DNA of 64,000 bases, from positions 85,312,001-85,376,000 of the forward strand of contig OZ260662.1 of the NCBI GenBank assembly GCA_965285935.1, given 5' to 3'. Within the stretch, counting starts at the first letter, position 1, and each line of letters begins with the position of its first letter. Shown in pieces: positions 12,721-26,894 of the stretch. The notes under the pieces were generated by a model. The model was not told the DNA's origin. It saw only the letters and a list, made by a program, of their open reading frames with translations, and made no database searches. The stretch comes from Ophelia neglecta. Taxonomy: Eukaryota. The position numbers and the translations under genes are program-made.

Positions 12721-15700
12721 ACTCCCAAGTATCAATATATGGATATCGCTTCATTAACCATTGCGAGGTCGGACATGATTGGTCGATGACAAAAACTTGT
12801 TTCCGGAATATCTATTCGCCCTGTTCGTTACATTGGTGGCAGCTATCAGACGACATTGGCAGGCCGCTGTCCAAACTGGCACTGCTGGCCGTCTTAAGGA
12901 CACAGCGGTCATCTAACCATTCACGTTCTTCCGGCCCTCGCCGCTATCAAATACTGTATAAATCTGACACTGTATTCCGGTAATTTCGGCCAGGAGAGCC
13001 GATTGTTCATCACAAGTTCGATGGCCATGTCGTTTGGAAGGTGACCTTGCCCCACAACTATCACACAGACTTCAGAATTGTAGCAGGCATGTCAAGCACC
13101 GATAGCCATCCGAAATACAACACTCAACTCCACTTAAAAAGAGGTCAGGGATGCAAGCCCTCAAAATAAACACGAAACTCTAATTGTGGGACCATGGGAG
13201 CCCGCCCCTGACTAGTGGTATACTGTTAAGAATGTCCCCCCAGAGATAATACCACCGATGTCAGAGAATCCATTTCAGCTCGGACGGTGGTGGACAGGAA
13301 TACCTTTATTAAAGTTCTGTGCTCTGGAATCTCACTCTACAGTCTTTAAGTGGCAAAACCACGATGAAAATGATCGAAAGCTCCAAAGTCTTTTCAATCA
13401 CATAGATATTAATTATTGGGGTGGGTGGGTGTGGGGGGGGGGCAGATATCTACCATTGCGGAAAAGAAAAGTATTCCAATAAGGGCCTCACGAAATTGAT
13501 GTTGCGGAAATCAAAGGCTTTTGATCATTCATTGCGTCAAAAAGTTTGTTTGCCTTTGATAGGCCTATAGGCCATTTTTTGGGGTTATATCCCATAATTA
13601 TTGCAGAAATGTCAAAGGCAGTTGGAGCTTTAAACGTTTGCCAACCTACCGATTATTATGACAGAAAAAACTTGCCAATCAAGTCGAATGCATTCGCCCG
13701 TCTCTACAAACTGGATTGCGTGTGCTATTGGTGATCGATAAGGCCGATTACTATATGCCGAGTCATGTGTCCTTTGTGCCTTGATCTGGGGGAGCACTAG
13801 TTCTCAGCTGTCAATAGCGCCTTCAAGGCTTATTCAGACCTTGTCGCGATCAGAAGCGGCGGTTTCATTGAGAATGTAATATATTTTTGCTAAAGGAATA
13901 AGCCTTTGGGATTTAGTCTTTTCACTGTAGTTTATCGACAGCTTATTATTAGATAATGTGAGAGCCTTGACTCGAATTGGGAGTGTTGGAGCACACTATC
14001 CGAGCCTCATCGAATAGCTTTCAATGTGTAATCAATTCCCTGCTGTTCACAAGCTCTTCCCATGCTTAGACGCACATCAGAGTGCGTTGTTTTCATACGA
14101 AGCTGACAGTAGAAGAGATGGCTGAAATAGTATCGAATGTACATTCTCACCGCTTCACTTCCGGCATACATAACCATTTCACTTGAATGTTTCTAAAGGG
14201 CGCGAAAAAATTCTTAGGCAATGAATCAATGTTTATATTACCCTATTGGAAAGTTGGTTATTCTTTCAGCTTGTAAATAGAGGGAGGTAGCTTATCAAGC
14301 CATTGTAACGACGGGCTGCTCCCCCCACGGGGCATCCCGTAGTGAGGGGAAGCAGCAGGACGGCAGGACCAAATTAACCGACAGGGGGCTGCGCACGGCT
14401 TTTTAGGCGGTAACTCCCATTCCCGGAAAAGGCCGAGTCACCCAGCCCATATGTCATTTCGGTAATGGCGAAGTCTTTGTACCTTAGCTGTTTATATCTG
14501 TCTTCCTATGGTAATGGGAATGCTGTCATTAATCTGCGCTAAATGGCTTAAAAACAAAAACGTGCTCGTAAATAACTAGGTTAATAGGCAAAAAACTTTA
14601 CCCTTAAGAAACTAGGTTAATAGACAAGTAGTTTACCATGTGGATGTTAGCTCGGTGGACGATCGAGCTTTATACTCAGGCCACAGGCACTCCTAAAGTG
14701 TTTCACATCGCTCTCCTTAACTGCTTTCCAAATGTCTTGAGCGATAGGCGGCGCTTTCCAGGCGCTGTAGGACTACACCGGGAGGTGTCATTCTACCCAC
14801 TGAATACAAAAAAACGTTTAGATGATTCATACTATCATAATACATAAGTCGATCAGGAGGAAATGTTAATGCTCGGACCATTATTCACCAATTTGCAGTC
14901 ATTTCAGGCGCATTTGTTTCCGGGCAATGCCTTCGATTTCTATGCTATGTGAGCAACTCTAACTACGAAAAGCGTTATTTTTTCTCGCCAATGGCGTAAA
15001 CAACACGTGAACTATCGTGATAGGGATTTGGCCAAGTCCCCTTCTCTTCCGGTAGGCATGTGTAGGACAACTCGGTCTGTCGCCAGGTCTACCATCTTTG
15101 GTGTTTACCTACGCTGCCCTTTATAGTCAGTCGCCTGTTAAGTCAGCTTAAGGTACCAACTCCGCCCATTGTCATCTCGGCATCGAAAACGATGTAGGAG
15201 GGGAGACGATGGAGGTGAGGGGACCGGGGTGAGGGGGCGTGGGTGTGGGGTAGGGGGGGGGGTGGATTGTAGAAAAGGCGACGTTCTCGGAACGCTACAA
15301 TGGTCTTTGAGGTAAAGCCCCTTAGACAACATTATTTTCTGGTAATTTAGCGTTCTTCGGGTATTATCTTATACATAATGAGCTCAGAACTCACCATGTG
15401 GTGATCATCAGTGTGGTTATCAGGCAGAGGATTACATTACTGTATATTAGCTGACTAAAGCTTAGCTAAGCCTATAATTTTTATACTCTTAACTTGACTA
15501 TTATAACTGTCTTATGATCATTGGGCGGCCACCATAACAGCTTTGGCTGTCCTTTGTGTCCTAGATTAAAATTAATTCAATCAATCAAACCTGAAAATCG
15601 GATAAAATGTGTAGACATCAGTGGACGGTTTGTATTTCTTAAATTTCCCACTTGTGTATTCGCACGCCCTGAGAACTAGCAATCTGTTATGGTCAGGCGT

Positions 15701-15756
15701 GAGCGTGGCAGATACGCCGATGTTTTGGACAGGGAAAACACAGCACAAGAGTGCTA

Positions 15757-16060
15757 GGTTGGTTGGTTGGGTGGTTGGGATTTACTTATATGGTCATAAA
15801 GCCACGATGCCTACTTGCGACAGTGACCTCAATGCCCTCTTTAGAGTGCTGCCTGACTGGAGTACCTGCCGTAGACACCAGACAGGGAACCCCACCCAGT
15901 CACATTACACTGACACCGGGTTGACCAGTCCTGATACTACCCCCGAAATACCGGGCGCCAGACAGGGGAGCTATCAATAACTCTTTTTACGTCTTGGGTC
16001 TGAACCCCGATCTACCACTTGCGAGGCGGACGCTCGAACCACTCGGCCACGCTTCGGTGG
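15757..16060 (-). mobile_element. tRNA-derived SINE of the MetaSINE/MESC type
   Basis: The minus strand starts with an A box (TGGCCGAGTGG) and a degenerate B box (GGGTTCAGACCC). The central block (+ strand CCCAGTCACATTACACTGACACCGGGTTGACCAGTCC) resembles the Meta/MESC core of molluscan SINEs as recalled. A (CAAC)n-like tail lies at about 15757-15778. Confidence 0.75.
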
Positions 16061-16229
16061 TCAATAGGACTGCGACGTGCTCGCACATTTACAGAGGCCG
16101 TTGCATGAGCACTTTTATCTGGAGGAAAATGATGCAAGCATAAAGATTGTCTAAAGTGTAAAAACCGTCCACTTTAATCATATGCTAATGGAAACTGGCG
16201 CGATTCAAAGGCTTGTCAAGCTGCCATTG

Positions 16230-16950
16230 ATGCAATGTTGTTACTTGAAGAGAATCCAAGACGCCGATCCACCATCAGAGGCCGACTTGGCAACTTGTAT
16301 TGTATTCTGTTTCAAGGAAAGATAATGAGAATTAAACAAAAATTGCCACATATTCATTGGCGACTTGACAGTGATGTAGATCATGGTACAGGAGTAATAC
16401 TGCCTGATAACTCCGGCAGGTGGCTGCAGGCTGCTGAAGAGGGGAAGCAGGTATAATAATACTCTTTTCCCCTTCATACAACAGTAGTGTGGTTCTCGTT
16501 CCGACTTGTTTAGTCAAAGGACCTATTGAAGAATTACATATGAGTGTTAGGCAGCAAAGTGGCCCAGCTCTATTAACCAAAACCTTGGCTGTTAAAGAAA
16601 CCTTGCCTTTCTCCTTCGATACTGGCTGTCTGCAGAACTACAGACCAATCAGCAATCTGTCTTCTATGTCCAGGATCCCACGGAAGGTGGTTGCAGCCCG
16701 ACCGAATGCCCCAGAAACCTCATCACTCAACTGAGATGATGTGTGGATCCGCAGGGTTTTGTTATTCTATAGCGCTTATTTTTGGAGCCTCATTCGATAC
16801 CACAGGCCAACTTTTTATAATTTTTAAAGTCGGATATGATGCTTGGCGCCACTGCATGGTTCTGCCTTTTAGAGTAATTTAGGTCGTTTTTTCAATTCGC
16901 ATTCAGATGATCGAAACATAGAAAACAAATTATTCCCATGAGGATTTTTC
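16230..16950 (+). pseudogene. Decayed L2/CR1-clade LINE ORF2 (reverse transcriptase) remnant
   Basis: Collinear motifs occur across shifted frames: FQGKIMRIKQKL (~FF..KI..IR..L), LVPTCLVK (~DPIPT.LLK), LQNYRPISNLSSMSRIPRKVVA (~NYRPISNL...SK..EKVV), HHSTE (~HSTETAL), FGASFDT (~DLSAAFDT). Confidence 0.75.
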
Positions 16951-18151
16951 AGGATAATGGTGCCGATGTTCGAAGCCAGGTACCCTATACATTAGACTCC
17001 CTAGTTTTCCTCCTTTATAATCTGCCTCTGATATATTTGATACAGTGATTCGATCTGCATGGGTATGTGGATGGTACCCGCATCGGCCCATATCTCACAA
17101 TAAGACGTATTATGTCAGGGACTCGCGTATACCGAAGGCGGCATACCGGAGTCATGCTCCTCATGCGTTGTGTATACATGGATGACCTTGAGACAGTCAT
17201 ACTTACCTCCAGCAAAACACAGGTTATTCTCATTGTGTTGCTGTATAAGCTGTTTAAGGTGGAATTCCCTCTTATATACGATCAAACAGTCAGGTAGCCG
17301 GTATTCTCTTATTATATTATCTATAGCGGTGGTGTATGACCTAACATCACGCGAAAACCGATGGACCCAAGGGTGTTTTTTTCTGTTGCAGTTTCATAGA
17401 AAGATAAACTAGGCCTAGTACAGAGCATGGCAGCAAATCGTTTGTCTTGAATTAGCAGGTTCGGGCTCCTAGGCCTTGTACATAGCACACTCTCTACGTT
17501 CTATAGCCCAGCGAGCGGACTTACTGATTGTGACAAGTATTTAAGGTAGACAAGAAAGTATTGCTCATTCACAAAGGAATGAGGTACTGATGAATGATAA
17601 CATAACAAGTATGTCCCTTACAGGAAACATTGAATGGTTATATTACCCGAGGCGAAGTCGAACACAGGTACTCTTGAAGGCTTATAACAGTTTAATGGGA
17701 TTGCCGTGCAAAGTCCGAGAGGTTGGAGTCCGAATAATTGCATTGGAAATCAGTTGATATGCGTTTTTATGTGTTTTATATTATTATCAAGCTTTTTCAT
17801 CCTTTACGTTTGATTGTATAAACCAATACCCCCCCCCCCCCCCCTCACTCAATAGTTCCATCACTATCTAACAGACTGAACTACCAGCCTGCCGGCAGCT
17901 AGGCTAAGTTACTCCGTCTTAAAGTCACTGCCCCGTTTGTGACATCCCAAAAACAAGTCACACCATGTGACAGGCTATCAGCCAATGGGAGGTCAGATTT
18001 TCACCATATTTAAAGGAAACTCTGCCCGGGAGGATCACGACCCACTAATGAGAGGCGGGCGGGATAAGGGTAATCATTGGGCTTTACGAGCACAAAGTTA
18101 AAGTCTGGCAGGTGGGAGTTAGGCTACTGGATGGTTCATTGCTATTAAAGT

Positions 18152-18292
18152 CAGGGGCTAATCTACCGTGATGCACGGACGCACGTGCGTCATCCCTGGC
18201 CTGTATTTAAATGCCCTATTTCAAGTAAAAATTAATCGTTAATTTAAAAATATTATGTGCATCCACCCTAAAAAATCCTGGATTAGCCCCTG
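18152..18292. mobile_element. 141-bp MITE with terminal inverted repeats and an apparent 5-bp target-site duplication
   Basis: CAGGGGCTAATC ... GATTAGCCCCTG form perfect 12-bp TIRs, flanked by AAAGT on both sides (18147-18151 and 18293-18297). Confidence 0.75.
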
Positions 18293-19053
18293 AAAGTATT
18301 TTGAGAGGCTGCGCTAGGCCAATGTTATTATTTTTTCTACAGATAGTCGTGTTCCGAGATCGCCTGTGGACGTCGATTTTCTGATTTATGCGGACGCGTG
18401 ACCCATGACCTGTTAAAATGACGAAAAGAACGGCAGCACAATAGTGCGCTGCGCAGTTGATAAATTAATTAAGTCAATGCAAGTCTCGATTAACATTAGG
18501 AATTATTTAACAAATTCCCGGCTGGGGAGAGGGCGGGGGGGGGGGGGGGGAGGCTTTACTTCTACGGGTTACCGCTAGTGTGGTACAAGCAAATTGCTGT
18601 TCTTGTTTCAAACTGAAACAATTTCATTATTTCACTCGCCATAAAATTCTTTCGGGTGTCATGAAAACAATTCACTTTTCCCCAAAATGTTGCTGTTTTA
18701 CAACCACCAGAAAATAAAAGTTAGGCATAAAGACTCCTTGTCTACCATTTATTATTCATAAATACCGTGTGCACTCCGTTAGTTTTCCACGGACGCAGGG
18801 AGGTGGGTACTATTTTCCTGCAACTGCCTTCCAGGCTGCCGTATTCCACTATCATGGTCCCTCTCCGGTATAACCCTAATAATTTATGGATCTGACTTAT
18901 GTTGACGGGTGTCATATAAATGCTCAACTGTACAGGCTGCTAACCTATTGGTACCAGTTGGAAAGAGGACGATTAGGAGCCTTCCTAATTGTTCCGTGAC
19001 GCTCGCTATAAAATATGTATCTGAGGGATACCTAGCACGTGGCGGATCCATCC

Positions 19054-19292
19054 GGCCGATAGGCCAATGTCGTCTGCCACCATCGATACACATCTGACTG
19101 ACCCCAGACTTCAGTTTCTCTCAAGGTCATTGTTATTCTATTCGACATTGCCTTGTAGTGTGGCCATAAATAGGCCGGCAAGCCAATGTCGTCTGCTGCC
19201 ATCGACACAAATCTGACCGACCCCAGACTTCAGTTTCTCACAAGGTCATTGTTATTCTATTCGACTGTGCCTTGTAGTGTGGCCATAAATAG
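19054..19292. repeat. Tandem duplication, 2 x 119 bp
   Basis: GCCAATGTCGTCTG...GACCCCAGACTTCAGTTTCTC.CAAGGTCATTGTTATTCTATTCGAC...GCCTTGTAGTGTGGCCATAAATAG is seen from 19063 and again from 19182, with scattered substitutions. Confidence 0.9.
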
Positions 19293-22200
19293 CCTAGAGA
19301 CAAGATGGACCAGAGGGTCCCCCGCCCTCATCAATCATCCGTCTTAAGTGGTACGGTTGATAGAGCAGACGACACGCTTGTTAAAGGTCGACGTTGGTCG
19401 TACATCAACAAACTCGAAAGAGGCATTACGGATAAAGTTATAGTCTCATGGGGTTTATTTTTGTGCTTTGGGCGTGGCCTTCATAATATGTATCTCACCC
19501 CGTGGCGTGTCTTTGTGGACTATTCGGGAGATTTAATGGACAGTTCTTGATTAACGATTGTGTTTTTTATGCCGGGGTTCTAATCCCGTGTTTATGTTTA
19601 CAACCGAGCAAATGCGACTTGGCTACGTCGAATGTAACACGTTACGTGGAGAAGAAACTGTGTATTATTAGATAAACATGACCCGAACCCGTCTCCTCTC
19701 TGTTTAATACATGGGAGAATATGTGTACTCTAAGACATGTTTATGAGGCGGAGAATTTCCAGTGGCCGCCATCGCCAATTCAGACTCAAACAGCTAGTAA
19801 TATAATCTGGCTATGGATTGTCGTCGACCTCAATTCTCCATCATGGCGACTTGGGAGTGGCTGAGCCCGTGCGCTGGGCGTACACAACATGAACATGAAG
19901 ATTGTGCTCGCTTTGTCATTTTTCATTATTTTCCAAACGTCTTATCGGCCACATACCAGGCTGGCCTTAACCCCTTCCCAGATGAGTCCCACTAATTAGT
20001 CCTGTTCCCTCGTGCCGGGAGAGACTTTCAAAATCGTTGTCGTGTACGCGTGTAGTCTGATAGATTACATGCACCCATACAGATGTGTCCAAAGCACGTC
20101 TCATCCGGAGTGTATGCTATAAGGAGAAAAACAAGACTGCATGCACTATTCCAACGTCACGTTACCAATTATCCCCTTTATGTGGCGGCAATATGTCAGC
20201 TATTTCCCACAGTGAAAAACCTTTAAACATTTCTGGAAAGAAAGTAGAACATCCGCTCCTCCACCTGTTAAAATCACGCTTATGTCCTGCGTTACGAGGA
20301 GACCTGCCCGGGCCAAGTCAAACTAATAGTCAGCCAGTAACATTATTTTATAGGGGGGGGGGGGGGGGGAGGTAGGAGCTTACATACGAACCGACATTTT
20401 ACTTCCAATTATATCGTAAACATGCAATTTCATGTCAAACATTTTTGTATTGTTGAAGAGAACGAGTGTTTTCACCTGCTTTGGCCGAAACAATCTGTCC
20501 TTCTCTGTAAGCACTAGAGGAAATAACATATTTCTGCTCAAGATATGGCAAAAACCTTTTTCTACCATTTAATCAATCCAAATACAGGCCCTATGTAAAT
20601 CGGAAATTGAAGAAATGGCTCCGTTGGAAGCGCTCAAGTTTCAATAATACTGTTTTAATAGTACTTTGCATCATGGCCAACTAGTTACAAGAAATTCTGC
20701 GACTCACAGCGATATCACTTAGCGTCTTCTACATCTGGAAATATCTGTGTTCCGGTGCCGACCCGTCCAGGGACCGGAACTGCTCAGAAAGTGGACAAAC
20801 TCGCGAATGAAATGAATATCGTGAACACTTCAGGCGTAATCATACAAAGTAAAGCATAGTTTTCAACATTTTAGGTCATTAGTTTCAAACTTACGTAGGT
20901 TTAACATAAAGTGGACGCCTGTGCCCTGTATTCCCCCGAGCGGCAGTGAGGCACTCCGGACCAGGGTCAGCAATGTTATAAACGGGAGTAGATAACCGAC
21001 AAACAAAGGAAAAACTTAACTCAAGAATAGTTCATTAAATCGAAATCACCAAGAACCACAACCCATAGACCTAAACTCTTCAGTCCTCAGATTCCAAACA
21101 GTAAATAAGCTAGTAGTGCTATTTAAAGCATTTATTGCAAATATGAAGGGAATATGTTTGTGATGCATGAGATGTGTGTTAACCATTCGGATCTTGTGCA
21201 TTTTTGTGTCCATTGGGAATGGATATTCAGCGGACAAACCAATTCTTTAGTAAGGAATATTCCATTAAACCCGTCCGAAGTCACAGGAACTAGCAGCCAC
21301 AACAATATGCCTTTATCATGAATAAACTGGCTTGGAGAAATGTGGAATTTTATGAAAAAATCTGAAATCAAATCGAAAAAAATATCCTTGCATGAAAATT
21401 TCCCCGCACGCCACCGATTCCAATCAAAAGGTCGCTGCCTCAGGAAGGAAAAAACAAACTAGATTGCAAGTAGAAATAGGGTTGCAAGATTGACAATGCC
21501 TTGGCGTTTTCACGGCATGTTTTGTAGTGGGTTTTATTGCAAATATAGCAGGCGTATCAAAAGCTAGTTTTGAAGAAACTACCGTTCGTAATCTTAGGTA
21601 TCTTGCCTGCATTGGTCTCAAGATTGGATTGTCCTTGAATGGGGAGCAGTTATTTAGTAATTAGGGTGGCAAGGTCTTTCTATCAGTCTGGCCTGGACTA
21701 TACCCATGAACCAAAGTGGTTTGGACTTAGCGGGGCCCCTCAACACAGCGTGGTAACCCTCGGAATCTGATGATAGCCGATTGTGCATGATTCAAGGTCA
21801 AACTTCGCCTGTCAGCAAGCCGAAGTCGTGTTAGTGGTCCAGTCCGTAGCCCTAATTCGAGGATGTCTGTTGACATATAGGTGTTAAAGTCGGCGCGCTG
21901 TTCTGCTGTAATTGAATGACATCTCGTCCGATGCTTCGCCGAGCCTTTGTGCAGTCGAGCGAGATTTGGTCCGCACCCACTCCGTCGGCTTCTCGGAATT
22001 AGACAACAGCCTTTATTAGTTGATGCATTGCGTCAGCGGCTCGATTAGCCCTGAAAGGAGAACATTCAGGGAGGCAGCCAGTTCCTTTTTAGGAACGCCG
22101 TATTTGAGCTTCGCCTTGTTTGCTCTGTAATTTAAAGACATTAAATCCAAAGGGCGATCTATTTTCTTCAATACAGAGATTCCTTTTGACGCAGAGCGAG

Positions 22201-25200
22201 GTTTGCATACGTAGTCTCTGATCACCTAAAAAACTGATCTGGTATTGTTGAGAGATATAAGGAATGATCACGGCATTACGGTGACATTCCACAATCCATC
22301 ACCAAAGCTGTCGCCCCTTAACACCGAGATACAACGGCAGATATTGATTCAAAGCCATCACATAAATAAATCAAGATTTGCTGTGGCACAATTTATAGCC
22401 TTATTTCAGCATGCCACAAAACATTCGTTCACATCTCCATACGACTTTTAGTATATTCCATATCTGTGCTTCCCTCTTATTTATACACGCTTTCAGCCTT
22501 TCGCCTTGGTATTGGTTTTTAGTCGCAGTTTATCTGTAATAAAGCCAGCTTCAATTGGTCAAGATCATATTTCACTTTGATATACATAAAGAACATCGAT
22601 GTAATAAACCCGAAGTGCTGGGAGATGAACAATGCATCTTATGACGTATGAGACCGGGTTACAGGTGAAAGCTCCAGTCATATTGTGCCTTGAGATCTTT
22701 ATGATGCCATCGTTTTTTTTTCTTATTCGACCATATGGTTTCTATGGGAAATTGGTTGCAGTGGTCCAAAACTGTCCTATAAATGATAATCAGAACACAG
22801 GCTCGATGATATATTGACCACGTAAATCGTGGAAGAGGCGAGTTTGTCTGCAGCGAATTGTTCAGGGCAGGAAGCGAGTGTATATTCAAGTCGTCTGCTG
22901 GAGGACGCCCATCCTAATCTGATGAAATCCAACTATGTCACATGAGAAGACGTTCATTTACTCTTCTTTCAGACGGACAATGTCGTTTGTGAGGCTTAAA
23001 CTGATCAAACAGTGTCTCGTCGTCATTGACGATCCTTAAATTTCCCAACACGGAGCTGATGATTGGCACACACGCCTCACTGGCTATCAAAGACTGCGCA
23101 ACCGGAAACGCCTTTAATACTCACTGGTCGTCCTTATCCCTGGCATTAACCAACATGTTACCAATACAGGCAATTTGCATAGATTTTTAAAAATATCCAG
23201 CTATTTGCATACCTGTCTATGCGCGGCTGTCGTCTTATTTCTCCATTAGACAGGCACTACCATGTTCCTGTTTATTATATAAGGCCTATCTGATCTAAAG
23301 AAATGAATAAATATGCCTTTGTTAACTAGTGTAAAACAATAAAGAAATCATATACGGATTCTAGTGAATTTTCTCCATGGATGGCCAGTGTGCTGAACAT
23401 TCACAGATATTATGTTCCCTTGCTTTAGTGATAGTCATACATCGAGCGACAGTCGCAAAACTATACAGGTATTTGAGAACCCGTAAATAAGACAGGTTTA
23501 CACGCACGCAAACGGCATTTATTTTTATTCATGTGTCCTTTTCGTGAAAAACGATTCGGTAAACGGTTTAATTTCCTACAATACGCTGGTGTCTGCGAGC
23601 TGGAAATTAATTACTTACCAATAGTGTTTGGGGACCTGCTACACGCCTGGCAGCTGAAAACGACAGACTGTGGCCCTTGTTCACTCCAGGACCTCATCAC
23701 AGATTTTAGGGAACGCTGGCCGATTCGTGGTTCATGAAGCCACGGAGATGGATGTATTGTTCATTGTCTCAGCATGCAGCAGAAATGTGCTTATCTCGAG
23801 CTAACCCGTATTTGGTCAAATACACAATTTTTATTTTGAGCAGGATAATGAAACTACAGCTGAATACATTAAGATTGCTTGTTCGGATAGCCTGAGATAT
23901 GCTCACTAGCCACAAACAGCGCACCTTGTCTGTGTTTAAGGCCTGATATATCACACTGTCACACTGCTTAGTGTTGACAATATATTCCACTGTTCTCCAG
24001 TGTTGACGAGTACATGTATACACCTCGGCGCCCGTTTCCTTCTTGTCAGACGTTACTTAGTCCGGAGTTATAGCTTCCTTTTACGCCGGGTGTAATCAAG
24101 ATACATCGGGGTTTGTTAGTTGTAAAGTGGGCCTTGCTGGTGGTCGTGTTGTTAAATGTGTCTGCGGCATGTACACCCTTTGCTGTTAGTGTCCATATTC
24201 GTATAACAGAGTAAATAAATCACGTTTGACCTAGGGTCAGCTCGCTTCGCCCATTAAACTGTCCACACGTAATAGTCTCTAGTTTTCATGTGTTTTTTTA
24301 GGAGTTTTAGAAGTTATTTTTTCTACATCGGACAACCTTTTAGTAGAGTACCTTTCCGTGAAATCTTGTTAAGGTGTTCCATTTATATTGAGAGGCAATT
24401 GTAGTCTTTTTAGTATGAGGGTGTTTCTGGTGAGCCTGCGGCGATTTGCGTCAATCACCTTCTAGTCTTTCTATAGACAGTTGTGACAGAACAAGCAGAA
24501 GACCATTGTAAGGTGGGCACGGCTGCTTGAAATGTGTTAGTCGGCCACAGTCGGAGACTAAACGAATTAGGTTCAAGGGACGTGCAATTCCGAAGACGAC
24601 CTTCTACCAAAGTGATCTTTTGTACCAGACGAGAACCACATTTAGCTTTAAATACGTCTTTTGTATATTCGTCTAAGTGATATCCGCAGTAATGCTCTCT
24701 CTAACAAGCATTATTATCTGCTGTATAAGGCATAGGGAATGCTGGGAACCTTTATGACGTAACAAGAACTATCACATATTCCACGTGTGTGTGTGGGTGT
24801 GTGTGTGTGTGTGTGTTTGGGGGGGGGGGTGTGTTAGTAGTTTGTAGTGAGTAGCTATTACCCTTTTGCTCCTTTTTAAGCCCCTGCCTCAGAGCGTTCC
24901 CTCTGTCTGCCCCACTCGAAATAAGTCTCATTAATGGAAACAGGATTATGGAAGCCGCCAGAGAGCGAGCCTTTCTCAGACCAAAGATAATCCTGATCGC
25001 CACTTGGATCCAATCAGTTTGATGCTCATCTGTTTATTTATAGCCCTAACCCGCTCCTGCTAGCCGCTGCTGGGGAGTCCCTTGTAAGCCATTAAATAAT
25101 GATTGTGTGGGTTGTAAGACGGAGCAGACGACATGGGACATGGCCCCCTATATCGCGCCCGGTCAGGGCGTTCCGCCCGCTCTTGTTTCAGTCACCCATA

Positions 25201-26894
25201 CATCATCGTAGATAAAAGCACATTATATGAAGTTGGTAAGGAAATATGTGTCATTTTGGATACCTTTCCCTAATATAACCTTTCAAAATACCGCATAAAG
25301 CCATGAATAACGGGGAAGTTTTTATCAGGTCATTTGGTAGAACCCAGGCATATTGGAAACCAATACAGCACCTAGTCCTACATATCGATTATCGAGATGG
25401 GTATACATGATTATAAAACGATGGAACTAGTGTATGCAAGTGATCCTATTTGTGTGAGATGGGACATCTCCCAGGCACGAGGCTGAGGGGATGGGGTTAT
25501 ATCAGCCCAGGTTTACCGCCAGCCACACCGCCGAGTCGTGTCCTATCTCCTCGTGTGCTCATTACAGCGGGACCTCAGTAGTCAAGCTTCCGGTAAACAC
25601 GCGGATCACATCGGCTTCAGCGGATTTATTCATGTCATGGGCGAGCGCGAGCTTTGGACCCTTTAAATCCCCAAGAGTGTCCTATAAATGCAGAAGAATT
25701 ACATTTAAAAAAGAAGCAATTCCTTTAGTAGTTTTTCTGGCAGACGTTTGTGGACTTCTACTTCTACATTTCTCCCCCAGAGGACCTAGCTGTTTAATCA
25801 AATAACTACGTCGACGACTAGCTGGTTTGTTTTGTGATTTCTTTCAAATCATGGGAAAATGCGTACTATTGATATTTTTCATTACAATCGGCCTCGTTTT
25901 AGTATGTATAAACGGTTCTCATTTATTCCATGATTTGCTTTCGGTTTGAGTTGACTTGTGAACGGCAGATTTGAACATTAATTTTTTTTTGTTTAGAGTC
26001 ATATTTTTAAGTTTTATGGTGAGTTTGCAGTTGGTGGAGACTGACATTTGAAGTTGATATCGGAGAGCCCAATTATTCATTTTAATATGAGAACAGTTTT
26101 ACACGTAACTTTGAAATTTGAGTCGTACATGAATATTGCAGCTGACACCAGTTCACGACCTTCTCTGCTGCCTATTCATTCCCGTTTCGACACACAATCA
26201 GTTATTTTCAGCTCAGTGCCTCGGGGAGACATTTGCTTGATACAGTTAGGGCGATTAAGCCTGGTGCTAAGTAGGTCACTGTTCGATCTGTGTCGTTATT
26301 GGATCCAGGGTCAATCTGTTCTCTTGTCCATTCGTATTTCAGATGATATCAAGTAAAACCGGGATTAGGTGCAATTAGATTTGAGCGATTGACACCTTCC
26401 TCCCATCCCGATGGACTGTCAGTGTTTAGCGAGCAGCGGCTGGGCTCTTGGTTTGAACTAGGAGTACCATTGATGTGCAATCATTACTTGGAGTGATTGA
26501 GAATCTACTGAGCATTGACCACAATTAAATCAAGATAGATGAGGTTCTAAATTTAGCTGAAGTATCCATCCAGGGTGAAGTGGTCACTCATCGCAGAAAA
26601 AAGATTTGCTCGCCTGAGCCGCATTCCAAAGAGACCAGCCACCGACCGGACATGGTCAGTAAGGACCGTGTGGATGATTCAATACTGGGCGCATTCCAAG
26701 TCAGATTTCCTGCGGGCATTGTCGTGCATGTTGGACACAATGGCGGTATGTCATCCGATGGTTTAAGAACAAGTGGCTGACTAGTTGGTGACTTAACCGC
26801 AGTATGAGACCGACTTTATACGGGACAAAACCCACAGTAAAACGAAATACACTATGAGGACTAACACAGAAGTTGATTGCGAAATAACTTAGTT

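Noticed and set aside
14287-14298. Short matches to miRNA 5' ends (miR-21-like TAGCTTATCA here, miR-9-like CTTTGGTTATC near 75)
   Set aside because: Only 10-11 nt match, with no full mature sequence or precursor hairpin.
22016-22225. Protein-looking minus-strand ORF (possible nested gene)
   Set aside because: No recognisable domain, and no consistent chain of minus-strand exons was found by eye. A nested gene cannot be fully excluded without RNA data.
26574-26790. Exon-like GC-rich block with CAG| and |GTATGT
   Set aside because: A phase-1 join to exon A gives an immediate stop, the acceptor is weak, and no frame resembles a known protein.
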